A stretch of 64,000 nucleotides of DNA from an uncultured Chloroflexia bacterium (GTDB taxonomy: Bacteria; Chloroflexota; Anaerolineae; CG2-30-64-16), in contig CAWEMM010000006.1 in NCBI GenBank assembly GCA_963810095.1, positions 64,001 through 128,000 on the forward strand, read 5' to 3'. Below are positions 19,901-30,476 of this stretch, piece by piece. The first letter of the stretch is position 1, and the number at the start of each line of letters is the position of its first letter. The notes beneath the pieces are model-generated. The model was not told the origin of the DNA, ran no database searches, and saw only the letters and a list, made by a program, of their open reading frames with translations. The translations under genes and the position numbers were made by a program.

Positions 19901-21357
19901 GCCCCGAGGGGGAGGGCAGCTACGTCTTCGCGATCACGTTCTACATGATCGCCGAGATCATCACCCGTTTCGGCTTGGGCACGCTGCTCACCCGAGACGT
20001 CGCTGCGCAAAAGAGCCGGGCGCGCCAGTATATGGCGAACGCCATCGTCCTGCGCACGTTGCTGTGGCTCGTCGCGATACCTGTAAGCGTGCTGGTGCTG
20101 CGGTTCTTCAGGCTGTCCGCGAACCCACCGACGCCCGCCGAGCTCCAAACCATTGCGCTCTTCATGCTGGCGCTCTTCTTCGCCAACATCGCAGACGCGC
20201 AGTCGTCCATCTTCATGGCGTTTGAGAAGATGGAGTATCCCGCCAGCACCGCCACCGCGGTCACGGTTGCCAAAGTGTTCCTGGGCGGGCTCGTGCTGCT
20301 GCCGCCCTTCAACCTCGGCTTCGTCGGCCTGGCCGGCGTGGCCGTGGTGATGAACATGTTCCAGGCAGTCTGGCTGTGGGCGCTGCTGGAAACGAAGGTG
20401 CTGCGGCCGTTCGAGAGCAGCCAGCGCGGTGCAGGAGCGACCGGCGCCGTCGCTGCTACTTCGCCGGCCGTGCCCGAGCCGGGCGGCGCGAAGCGCTTCG
20501 ACTGGCGGCTGCAGAAGTACATGCTGCGCGAGTCTGGCCCGCTGATGATCAACCACCTGTTGGCTACCGTCTTCTGGCGCATCTCGCAGCTTGTGCTGTT
20601 TGGGGCGGCCGGCGCAGCCGCAGTGGGCATTTTCTCGGCGGGCGTCAAGTACGTCGACGGGCTCAACGTCATCCCGGCCTACTTTACCGCCGCGATCTTC
20701 CCGCTGATGAGCCGCTATGCGCACACCGGCAGAGAGTCGCTGCTCAAGGGGTACAAGCTGGCGCTGCAGCTGCTGTTTGTGGTTGCGCTGCCCATAGCGG
20801 TCTTCTTTACGTTCGCCTCGACGCCGCTGATCCGCATCCTCGGCGGCGCTGCGTACCTCCCCGATTCGGCCACGGCGCTCGCGATCATGATCTGGTCGAT
20901 CCCGATCGGCTTCATGAACTCGGTGACGCAGTACACGCTCATCGCGGTGCAGCGACAGCGCTTCCTGACGATCGCGTTCGTGATCGGTGTGGCCTGGGTG
21001 ACCGTCAGCAACTGGCTGCTGGTGCCCAGGTACGGCGCGATTGCCGCCGCCGCGCTGCTCATCCCCGCGGAGATCTCGCTCTTCATCCCGTTTTGCTGGG
21101 CAGTGCACCGGTGGGTCGGGCCGATCCCCTGGCTGCCGCTGCTGGGTAAGCCGCTCTTGGCAACTGCCGTCAATGTCGTTATAGTATGGGGCTTGATGCG
21201 ACTGGGCGTGGGGCTGATCCTGGCCCTGACGGCCGGATTCGCGGCGTATGCAGGGTTGCTCCTGCTGCTCGGCGTCTTCCGGGGGCCTGAATTTGCCGTG
21301 GTGCGCAATACCCTCGCCCGGCGCTTGCGCCGGCAGTCGCCGGAGCCGACAGGGTGA
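16942..21357 (+). CDS. YfhO-like GT-C membrane glycosyltransferase fused to a Wzx/MOP-type flippase
   Basis: LWNP...G.PFLA, GYDS, LVLTDSYFEGWKA, VRFVYSP; then AKNS...FGL.TLLTRDVA, FEKM, VGIFS, AIFPLMSR, LVPRYG. Start may be TTG 16957. Confidence 0.8.
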   Translation: MFEVRLKSSRRADALVILALLLLPLLWFAPQALGGKTLLPADNLYQYPPWRTYAGQMGLTVADGQVVPYNHLISDLVLENLQWKSFIVDALKAGNPADILWNPRSFAGTPFLAAGQSSAAYPLSLLFYVLPLWRAYGVFTWLQIGIASACMYVFMRVLGVRKIAAAFAAVAYAYSGFFIVSVNFTMIIAAAAWLPLLLTCIELIVRRLERAAEPQPPGAETKTRGVGPVPYVVLGAIVLAVQILAGHVEITYYTLMVGALYAAWRLVRAYLLLRRGQIRAWPGVLRTATWLVVMIALGMALGGVQILPLYELVRQSFREGSASLQQVRDWAWPSRQIITFLLPDFFGNPTHHAYFDIWQRTWVTVTQNAAAEPLHTIDWGVKNYVEGANYLGIGTLLLALTGAAAGIAGWGSRGHKTQIWFFAVLAVLSLFFAFGTPLYALLYYGLPGYSQLHSAFRWVFPYTLVMAALAGFGLDWLLSRPAKGLWLPRLLGWLTVAAGGVALLLVLVSALQPGPFVALGERLLNWGFWSDLARSRGFANGAMFWSYEAVQIALGAMALLSGAAILVLLRLPRDAELGTDAQPEADLGVDEDMAAYGHSAPQQPARPSRSMRDVLLLLPLLVLILDLWLAGRGFNPAIDPKLLEFTPPSVAFLQSKQDPEQPWRLTSLDPPDQKVLNANSAMRYGLEDVRGYDSIIPKQYVAFMQRIHPQGELLYNRIAPIYSEIGGKSNLAALDNPLLDLLGVRYVVSTQPVPNEGYELVYDDEVKIYENTGAFDRTFIVGEAVAAGSQGEALDRLQQVDPAKTVVVEGLPEGGLPAPASPQVREARLANRELSDRENRQLFVDVNLSDRGWLVLTDSYFEGWKAYLRPFGVEGEGVDASGQSLEEQLPIYRADGAFRAVYIPKAGQWTVRFVYSPRSFLMGGYLTFLAFVTLILLLGWWAWSRFYKGEGSEVGTVAKNSAVQVVMSLFNRVIDFAFAMLRLRILSPEGEGSYVFAITFYMIAEIITRFGLGTLLTRDVAAQKSRARQYMANAIVLRTLLWLVAIPVSVLVLRFFRLSANPPTPAELQTIALFMLALFFANIADAQSSIFMAFEKMEYPASTATAVTVAKVFLGGLVLLPPFNLGFVGLAGVAVVMNMFQAVWLWALLETKVLRPFESSQRGAGATGAVAATSPAVPEPGGAKRFDWRLQKYMLRESGPLMINHLLATVFWRISQLVLFGAAGAAAVGIFSAGVKYVDGLNVIPAYFTAAIFPLMSRYAHTGRESLLKGYKLALQLLFVVALPIAVFFTFASTPLIRILGGAAYLPDSATALAIMIWSIPIGFMNSVTQYTLIAVQRQRFLTIAFVIGVAWVTVSNWLLVPRYGAIAAAALLIPAEISLFIPFCWAVHRWVGPIPWLPLLGKPLLATAVNVVIVWGLMRLGVGLILALTAGFAAYAGLLLLLGVFRGPEFAVVRNTLARRLRRQSPEPTG

Positions 21358-21365
21358 AGGAAGCA

Positions 21366-21445
21366 TTCGCCGCGAGGACCCGAAGACACCAGGGTCCACA
21401 ATGGGCTCCGCAGAAGCCGCGGGCATCTTCGTGTCTTTGTGGTGG
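21366..21445. repeat. 8-nt-unit palindromic element (degenerate left arm)
   Basis: CGCCGCGAGGACCCGAAGACACCAGG...CTTCGTGTCTTTGTGGT. Confidence 0.75.
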
Positions 21446-21472
21446 GTCATCCGCCATCAGAAGGAAGCAATC

Positions 21473-22372
21473 ATGAATACGGAGCCGATCCTCGAACTGG
21501 ACGGAATCACCAAGGCCTACGGCGAGACGGTCGCCCTGTCAGACTTGTCGCTGACCGTGCGCAAGGGCGAGATCCACGGCGTGCTGGGCGACAATGGCGC
21601 GGGTAAGACCACGCTGCTCAAACTCCTGACGGGCCTGCTGCCCCTTGATTCCTACCAGGGCACGGTTAAGGTCCAGGGTGCGCCCGTCTTGATTCATTCG
21701 CCCAGTGCCGCGATCAAGCTCGGGATTGGGATCGTGCCGCGGCGGCCGGGCATCTTCAGCGGCATGACGATTGCGGACAACATCGTAGTCGGGACGAAAG
21801 AGATGCGCGGCCTGGTGATCAACCAACAGAAGATGCGCGAGGCGGCCATCAAGCACCTGGAGGCGGTTGGGCTGAAGCTGGACCCGGCCGCCAAAGCCAA
21901 CAATCTGACCGCAAGCCAGCAGCGCCTGCTCATGATTGCCCGGGCCATCAGCCTGGAGACCCAGGTCATCGTGTTGGACGAACCCGCGGCCTTTCTCACC
22001 ACGGCGCAAGACCTCAGCCAACTCTTCCGGGCGCTGCGCGGCCTGGCCGAGCGAAACATCGCCGCGCTGTACCTCTCCCGCCGGCCGGCCGAGATCGTGC
22101 AGATCGCCGATCGCATCAGCGTCCTCCGCGACGGGAGCATGGTCGCCGAGTGGCAGCGGGTCGACTTCGACGAGACGACCATGATCAGGCAGATGCAGAG
22201 CGAACGGATCGGCGATGCGGGGTACGTGGACCATGACGACTTGAACCAGTCGAAGGGCTGGATGGATGGAATACAGGAATATCTTCACCGGCAACCGTGG
22301 TTGACGCCAGGTGAAAGCGGGCTCTCGCCACAAAGACTCAAAGCCACCAAGACGCACGAAAGTTCTTTGTGA
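21473..22372 (+). CDS. Orphan sugar-ABC-type ATP-binding protein, single domain, degenerate
   Basis: GDNGAGKTT and VLDEP present; signature LTASQQ; H-loop reads SRR; no permease nearby; 3' end runs into a repeat and is uncertain. Confidence 0.75.
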   Translation: MNTEPILELDGITKAYGETVALSDLSLTVRKGEIHGVLGDNGAGKTTLLKLLTGLLPLDSYQGTVKVQGAPVLIHSPSAAIKLGIGIVPRRPGIFSGMTIADNIVVGTKEMRGLVINQQKMREAAIKHLEAVGLKLDPAAKANNLTASQQRLLMIARAISLETQVIVLDEPAAFLTTAQDLSQLFRALRGLAERNIAALYLSRRPAEIVQIADRISVLRDGSMVAEWQRVDFDETTMIRQMQSERIGDAGYVDHDDLNQSKGWMDGIQEYLHRQPWLTPGESGLSPQRLKATKTHESSL

Positions 22373-22400
22373 CACTTAGTGTCTTCGTGTCTTGGTGGTT
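22326..22400. repeat. 8-nt-unit palindromic element (subtype A)
   Basis: CGCCACAAAGACTCAAAGCCACCAAGACGCACGAAAG..CTTTGTGACACTTAGTGTCTTCGTGTCTTGGTGGTT. Confidence 0.9.
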
Positions 22401-22440
22401 ACTCGCCGCGGCGTTCTGGAAGCACTGAGGAGTTGAGACG

Positions 22441-24639
<2,199 letters not shown>

Positions 24640-24645
24640 GTGGGT

Positions 24646-24738
24646 AACCAACAGAAGAACCGAAGAACCAAAGGGCCACAAAGGTTAGCGTCGAGCGTCA
24701 GAACTTTGCGGGTCTCCGGTGCTTCGGTCTTTGCTGTT
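24646..24738. repeat. 8-nt-unit palindromic element (subtype B)
   Basis: AACCAACAGAAGAACCGAAGAACCAAAGGGCCACAAAG...CTTTGCGGGTCTCCGGTGCTTCGGTCTTTGCTGTT between convergent genes. Confidence 0.8.
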
Positions 24739-25853
24739 AAAGCAAGTCGCGCTGTTGCAGACACCAGCCGGTCGATCTGCTCGGCCGTGTGCGAAGCGAA
24801 GATCGCGACCCGCAACGCGCCGCCGGCCGGCGTGCTCGAATAGCGGGTGATGTGGGCAACGCAGAGATCACGCTGAAACAACGCAGCCTGCAGGGCCGCA
24901 AGATCGAGCCCGGGGCGGGCGCGAAGGCAGATGATGGGGACCGGGCTCTCGTCGAGTTCCCAGCCGAGCGTGCGGAAGCCGGCCCGCGCCTGGCGCACGT
25001 TCGCCCACAGCTTCTCGCGCAGCTCCGGATGTGCGGCGACGTGGTTGAGTGCCCAGGCAGATGCCGCGGCAGCCGGAATCGGTGCCGGGCTGCTGCCGGC
25101 CAGGGCCGGCGCCTTCCGCCAAAGCTGCTCGACCAACGCCGCGCTCCCCGCGATCAGCCCCCCGTGGCCGCCGATCGCCTTGCTGAGCGTGTGCGCGGTG
25201 AAGCAGCGGACGGCCGACGGAGTGCGGTCTCCGGCCAGAAATTCCAGGCTTCCCTGCCCGTCCTTCCCGATGACGCCGGTCGCATGTGCATCGTCCACAC
25301 ACAGGATGGACCCGTCAAAGGCCGCCAGCACCCCTTGATACCCGGCCAGGGGCGCAATTTCGCCAGAAATCGGGAAGATGCCGTCCGTTAGCAGCAGCGG
25401 GCGCTCGCCGAGATGCAGTGTCTGGCGCAGGGCATCCTCGAGTGACGCCAAATCGCCATGGCGGAACACAACGACCGGCACGCCGCTGGCCGCGGCTGCC
25501 TCCCGCTCGCTGAAGTGCGCCGATTCGTCCAGGTACACCCGCTCGTACTCACCCCGCAGTCCTTGCAGCAAGACTCCCGAACCGAGATAGGCAGAGACGG
25601 TGTACAGGCTCCGCTCCTGACCGAAGTAGGCCGCCCCGGCCGCTTCGACCCGCGCAAACACCGGATGCTCGCCGTAGCCCCCTCGTGACGTGCCGGTCGT
25701 CAGGCCGTAGGTTTGCATCGCCTCGACTGCGGCCGCGACGAGGTCAGGGTGGCCCTGGAGCCCGAGGTAGCCTGTGCCCGAGAAGTAGTCGCGCCAACGG
25801 CCGTTGATGAGCGTGCGCGCACCGGGCGCGCTCTCCATGAGATAGGTTGCCAT
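24737..25853 (-). CDS. PLP-dependent class II aminotransferase, AONS/BioF/KBL-like
   Basis: FSGTGYLGL, DESAH.S, TDG, VDDAHATG, TLSKAIG. Likely true stop is TAA 24737-24739 via an indel; the ORF-track read-through into pfk is implausible. Confidence 0.8.
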
Positions 25854-25870
25854 GTTGAATTTGAATCCTC

Positions 25871-25942
25871 ACCACCAAGACACAAAGACACGAAGGACCA
25901 CAAAGCAATTTATGCAGCTTTGTGACTTCGTGCCTTTGTGGT
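25871..25942. repeat. 8-nt-unit palindromic element (subtype A)
   Basis: ACCACCAAGACACAAAGACACGAAGGACCACAAAG...CTTTGTGACTTCGTGCCTTTGTGGT. Confidence 0.92.
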
Positions 25943-25952
25943 CAGGACCGGG

Positions 25953-26981
25953 CTAACCGACGAAAGTTCTGGCGCCGACGAAGTTGTCCCGCAGGCCCTG
26001 GACCGCCTGCACGTTGTCGCGGTAGACGCCGTTGATGCGGCGGGAGGAGTGGATAATGTCCCACCCGCCCAGGCTGATGCTGACGTGGTCGATCTTGCCC
26101 GGCTGGTCCGGGTCGCCGTAGAAGAGCAGGTCGCCGGGCTGATAGGGGAATTCGACCGGCCTCCCGGCCGCGTACTGCATATCCGCGTCACGCGGCAGCG
26201 TCATGCCCGACAGCCGGTGAATCAACTGGGCGAAGCCGGAGCAATCGATGCCCCAGGCCGAGCAGCCGCCCCAGAGGTACTGCACGCCGACAAAGCGGGC
26301 CGCGTCCGCCATCATTTGCGCTCGCCGCGCGCCGGCCGTTTCCGGCAGCGCGTCGAAGCTGCGGAGCGTGTTCGCCGGCACCCAGCCCGAGTGCTCGCCT
26401 GCCAACGTCACATGCCGCCACTCCCCATCGCCCGCGTCGACGACCACGGCAGTTCCGCCCAGGATGCGGGTGCTGAGGGCTGCCTCCCCGCCCGGCTCGG
26501 TCCGGACGTCGGCCTCGGTCGCGCAGACCAGGTGCGTGAACGTACAGCTGACAGCGGGGGCCAGGTACGGCCCGTACGCCCAGCCCATGTAGCCGTCAGC
26601 CAGCCGGACGAATCGCCAGCGGCCTTGCTCTTCGAGCACCTCCAGCGGCCACCCGTCGAGCAACTGGCTGATCTGCTCGGCCAGGAAGGAGGGCTGCGCG
26701 TAGAGCCCGGTCAGGTTGGTGCCGACGGCGGCGAAGGCTGCGCCCGCGCGCAGGACGCGCACGTCCGAGAGGTCCGGCCGCACGCCGGGGAGGCGCGCCG
26801 CCAGCTCGTGCCCGACGCGGTCCAGCGTGGCTTGGTCGAGCACCGCGCCGGTCAACCGAAGTTGGCCCGCATCCGATTCGAGGGCCTGGACACGGCAGTG
26901 CTGGACGCGGGTATCGGGGTAGAGTGCGGCGATCTGCTCGAGAACGGCCGCCACGCTGCCTGTTGTGAGAGCCTGGGTCAA
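25953..26981 (-). CDS. SH3 + NlpC/P60 gamma-D-glutamyl peptidase (YkfC-like)
   Basis: YLWGG..GIDCSGF, LPRDA..Q, GDLLFY, HV, IIHS; TTG start with AGGAGG RBS overlapping the upstream stop. Confidence 0.88.
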   Translation of the reverse strand: MTQALTTGSVAAVLEQIAALYPDTRVQHCRVQALESDAGQLRLTGAVLDQATLDRVGHELAARLPGVRPDLSDVRVLRAGAAFAAVGTNLTGLYAQPSFLAEQISQLLDGWPLEVLEEQGRWRFVRLADGYMGWAYGPYLAPAVSCTFTHLVCATEADVRTEPGGEAALSTRILGGTAVVVDAGDGEWRHVTLAGEHSGWVPANTLRSFDALPETAGARRAQMMADAARFVGVQYLWGGCSAWGIDCSGFAQLIHRLSGMTLPRDADMQYAAGRPVEFPYQPGDLLFYGDPDQPGKIDHVSISLGGWDIIHSSRRINGVYRDNVQAVQGLRDNFVGARTFVG

Positions 26982-28022
26982 GGGAGTACCTCCTGGAAGA
27001 CGCGTGCCATGTTGCGCCAACATACCTTTTCGACCTGCCGCTCGGACAAGCCGGCACGAGCCAGCGCGTCGGCGATGAGCGGATAACTTTCCACACCCGA
27101 CACCCCCTCAGGCGTGAAGCTGATGCCGTCCATATCGCCGCCCAGCCCAACGCAGTCCTCGCCGCCAACTTGCATGGCGTGCTCGACGTGGCGGGCAACC
27201 ATGTCGAGGGACGGGAGCGGGATCGCGGAGCTGCGGGCCGGCCGCCATGCGGTGCTGGTAGCGGGTGGCAGGGTCGGCGTGGGCTACCGGCGCCATCACC
27301 GCGTCCCAGGCGGTCAGGTAGTCCGGATCGAGGAAGTCGGGTGCGAGGTTAATCCCCATCACCCCACCGTCGCGTGCCAGGCGCCGGATCTGCTCGTCGG
27401 CCAGGTTGCGCGGAGCCGGGGCGATGCTGCGGCAGTTCGAGTGGCTGGCGATAAACGGACGACCCTGCAGGTGCTCGCGCACCTCGTCGAAGGCGGCGTC
27501 CGAAAGATGCGACACGTCGACCATCACACGCAGCTCGCGCGCCAGGTCGACGAGCTTGTGGCCCTCGGCCGTCAGCGGGCCGCCCCCGCCCGTCGAGCTG
27601 CCCGAGAACTGGTTATCGTCCCAAGCGGGGATGACCAAACGCAGGCCCCGCTCGAAGAAATCGACCAACGCGCCGGCGTCGGGCAGCGGGTCGGCCCCTT
27701 CCAGGCCGACGATCGCGGCCAGCGCGGGCACATCTGAGTCGAGCGCCAATGCGAGGTCGGTCCGTGTTCGGACGACGATCATCCGCCCCTGCGACCCGGC
27801 AGCCCAGCCCTGGATCGTGGCAGCTGCACGCTCGGCGAGCGCACGGGCGTCCCGGTTCGGGTAATAGGAACGGGCGGCGAAAATCGCAAAGACCTGGGCG
27901 CGGTGCCCCACGCGGAGCAAGCGCGGCAGGTCCATGTGCCCGCGGCCTTCGCCTTCGACGAAGTTGAAATCGCCGTCGTACGCGTTCATGACGGCATCAC
28001 AATGAGCATCGAAGAATCGCAT
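26978..28022 (-). CDS. Membrane dipeptidase, family M19 (frameshift near 27210)
   Basis: DAHCD, LEG, VDVSH, ASHSN, RNL.D; GLGGDMDG in ORF 26978-27202. Confidence 0.88.
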
Positions 28023-28030
28023 TATGAGAG

Positions 28031-29065
28031 CTACTCCCTGACGACCGCGCCGATGCCGGGGCGGTCGGGCAGATGCAGGCCGCCGTGCTCGTCGTAGCGA
28101 ACACCGTCGAAAGGATCGTTGGCGATCAGGAGCGGGCTGTCGAGGTCAACCCAGTCGGCCAGTCCGGCGAGGTGGGCCATGGCCGTCGCGCCGATCGACG
28201 TCTCGATCATGCACCCCAACATCACGCGCATGCCGAGCTCTCGGCCGCGCCGGGCCATCGCCACGCCGGAACCCAATCCGCCGGCCTTCTGCAGCTTGAG
28301 ATTAATGCCCTGCACGCCGGCCGCGGCCAGCGCCTCCACGTCGGTCAGCGACTGGCATGACTCGTCGGCCACCACCGGAATCGCCGTGTGCGCCTGTACG
28401 TAGCCCATGCCCGCGATGTCGTGCTTGCCCACCGGTTGCTCGATGAGCTCGATGTCTAGCGGCTCGAGCCGCCGCACCAACTCTACTGCTTCTTCCGGCT
28501 GCCAACCGGCATTTGCGTCGACCCGCAGCTTTGCGTCGGGCCGGGCCGCTCGTATGGCCCGCAGCCGGGCGAAATCGTCGTCCGAGCCGAGCTTGATCTT
28601 CAGCGTCTCGTACTGCCGCGCTTCAGCGGCCTGACGCGCCATCTCGTCGGGTTCGGCAATCGCAATCGTGAAGCAGGTGGGGAGAACGGGTGGGCGAGGC
28701 AGACCGAGTAGCTGCCACACGGCAACGCCCGCAAGCCGCGCAAGCCGGTCGTGCAGGGCCAGATCCAACGCGCAGCGGGCCGGCGCGGGACCTTCGGGGC
28801 CAATCCACGCCGCGATGCCAGATGGGTCGTTGGGAAGGGAGACGGTGCTGTGGGCAGCCGCTTCCCACAGCGCAATCATGGCCTCGTCGGAGACCCCATA
28901 ATAGGGCGGGATCGCGGCTTCGCCCCAACCCTCGTCGCCGGCAAGCCTGATCCAGAAGGAGCGCCGCGTCTCGGTCACGCCGTAGGACAAGCGAAACGGC
29001 ACCCTCAGTTTCAGCGTCAGTGCCGTCCATGATAAAGCGGGAGCATCGTTGTGCCCGGTGGTCAT
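28031..29065 (-). CDS. L-Ala-D/L-Glu dipeptide epimerase (enolase superfamily, YkfB-like)
   Basis: GWGEA, ALDLALHD, KIK, RVDAN, IEQP, ADES, NLKL.K.GG, GCMIE, DLD. Confidence 0.9.
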   Translation of the reverse strand: MTTGHNDAPALSWTALTLKLRVPFRLSYGVTETRRSFWIRLAGDEGWGEAAIPPYYGVSDEAMIALWEAAAHSTVSLPNDPSGIAAWIGPEGPAPARCALDLALHDRLARLAGVAVWQLLGLPRPPVLPTCFTIAIAEPDEMARQAAEARQYETLKIKLGSDDDFARLRAIRAARPDAKLRVDANAGWQPEEAVELVRRLEPLDIELIEQPVGKHDIAGMGYVQAHTAIPVVADESCQSLTDVEALAAAGVQGINLKLQKAGGLGSGVAMARRGRELGMRVMLGCMIETSIGATAMAHLAGLADWVDLDSPLLIANDPFDGVRYDEHGGLHLPDRPGIGAVVRE

Positions 29066-29182
29066 TGCCTGGCCCCTTTGCGATGGTAGAAGCACGAGGG
29101 GCATGATAACACAGAACGTTCGCAGCGTGGTACACTGACATCGGTGTTGCCGAAGAAAGCGAGCTGAACCTGAGGGAGCAAG

Positions 29183-30325
29183 ATGACGGAGAATCAACGT
29201 GTGCTGAACTTCCTGCGACGGCGCCAGGCCGACATGGTCGCCGACCTCGTACGTCTCGTCGAGCTGGAATCGCCGAGCGACGACAAGGCCAGCCTCGACC
29301 GGCTCGGCGAACACCTGGCGGGCCGGCTGCGTGAGCTGGGCGCCGAGGTCGATGTCCTGGAACAAGACCAGGCAGGCAATCACCTGCGGGCACGCTGGGG
29401 CCAGGGCCAGCCGGGCGGGCCGCTGCTCCTCTGCCACATGGACACGGTGTGGGACCTGGGTACGGTGCCCCAGCGCCCTGTGCGGATTGAGGACGGGCGG
29501 CTCTACGGCGCGGGCGCCTTCGACATGAAGGGCGGCATCGTAAATGCGCTCTGGGCGGTGCGCAGCCTCGCCGAGCTTGGCCTCATGCCCCAACGCCGTA
29601 TCACGCTGCTGATTACGTCGGACGAGGAAACGGGCAGCCGGACGTCCCGGCCGGTCATCGAAGCGGAGGCGCCGCAGCACGACTCGGTCTTCGTTCTCGA
29701 GCCGGCGCATCCGCCGCACGGTGCGCTCAAGACGTGGCGTAAGGGCGTGGGCCTGTACCGGCTGAAAGTCACGGGGGTCTCGGCACACGCGGGAGCGGCG
29801 CACGACGAGGGGGTCAACGCCATCGAGGAGATGTCGCACCAGGTGCTGGCGATCCAGAAGCTGACCGATTATGCGGCCGGGACCACGGTGAACGTGGGCG
29901 TCATCGGCGGCGGAACCCGCAGCAATGTGGTGCCCCAGGAGGCATGGGCCCGCATCGACGTGCGCGTGATGGACCAGGCCGAAGCGGAGCGGCTGGATCA
30001 AGCGCTGTGTGCGCTCGGGCCGCATCTGGCGGGCGCGCAGGTGGAAGTAACGGGTGGGATCAACCGGCCGCCGATGGTCAGGACCGAAGCCGGGGTGGCG
30101 CTCTTCCGTACCGCGGAGGCCATTGCCTCTGAGCTGGGCTTCGAGGTGACCGAGGCAGGCACCGGCGGGGGCTCGGACGGTAACTTCACCGCCGCACTTG
30201 GCGTGCCCACCCTCGACGGGCTCGGCGTGACCGGCGACGGCGGCCATGCGCTGCACGAGCATGTCGTGATTAGCTCCCTTCCCGAACGCGCCGCGCTGCT
30301 CGCCGGGCTCCTGCGCATGGGGTAG
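29183..30325 (+). CDS. M20 metallopeptidase (carboxypeptidase G2-like)
   Basis: HMDTV, DMKGG, DEETGS, AHAG, GGSDGN, H..HE. Confidence 0.9.
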   Translation: MTENQRVLNFLRRRQADMVADLVRLVELESPSDDKASLDRLGEHLAGRLRELGAEVDVLEQDQAGNHLRARWGQGQPGGPLLLCHMDTVWDLGTVPQRPVRIEDGRLYGAGAFDMKGGIVNALWAVRSLAELGLMPQRRITLLITSDEETGSRTSRPVIEAEAPQHDSVFVLEPAHPPHGALKTWRKGVGLYRLKVTGVSAHAGAAHDEGVNAIEEMSHQVLAIQKLTDYAAGTTVNVGVIGGGTRSNVVPQEAWARIDVRVMDQAEAERLDQALCALGPHLAGAQVEVTGGINRPPMVRTEAGVALFRTAEAIASELGFEVTEAGTGGGSDGNFTAALGVPTLDGLGVTGDGGHALHEHVVISSLPERAALLAGLLRMG

Positions 30326-30333
30326 CGCCGTTC

Positions 30334-30405
30334 ACAGGAAGAACCAAAGGACCGAAGGCGCACGAAGACGTCTTTGTGCAGCTTTCGTTCTTGGATTCTT
30401 CCTGT
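30334..30405. repeat. 8-nt-unit palindromic element (subtype B), empty version of the GxxExxY element
   Basis: 34-nt arms ACAGGAAGAACCAAAGGACCGAAGGCGCACGAAG and CTTTGTGCAGCTTTCGTTCTTGGATTCTTCCTGT with a 4-nt loop ACGT. Confidence 0.92.
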
Positions 30406-30476
30406 AAAGATCCTCGTTCGAAGTTGCACCGATAGCACTTTCGTGCTATTATTATGTGAAGAGAGAGTCTAGCCAC

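Noticed and set aside
28031-30262. 743-aa epimerase fusion in the ORF track
   Set aside because: The first ~400 codons are the antisense of the M20 peptidase; the real start is 29065.
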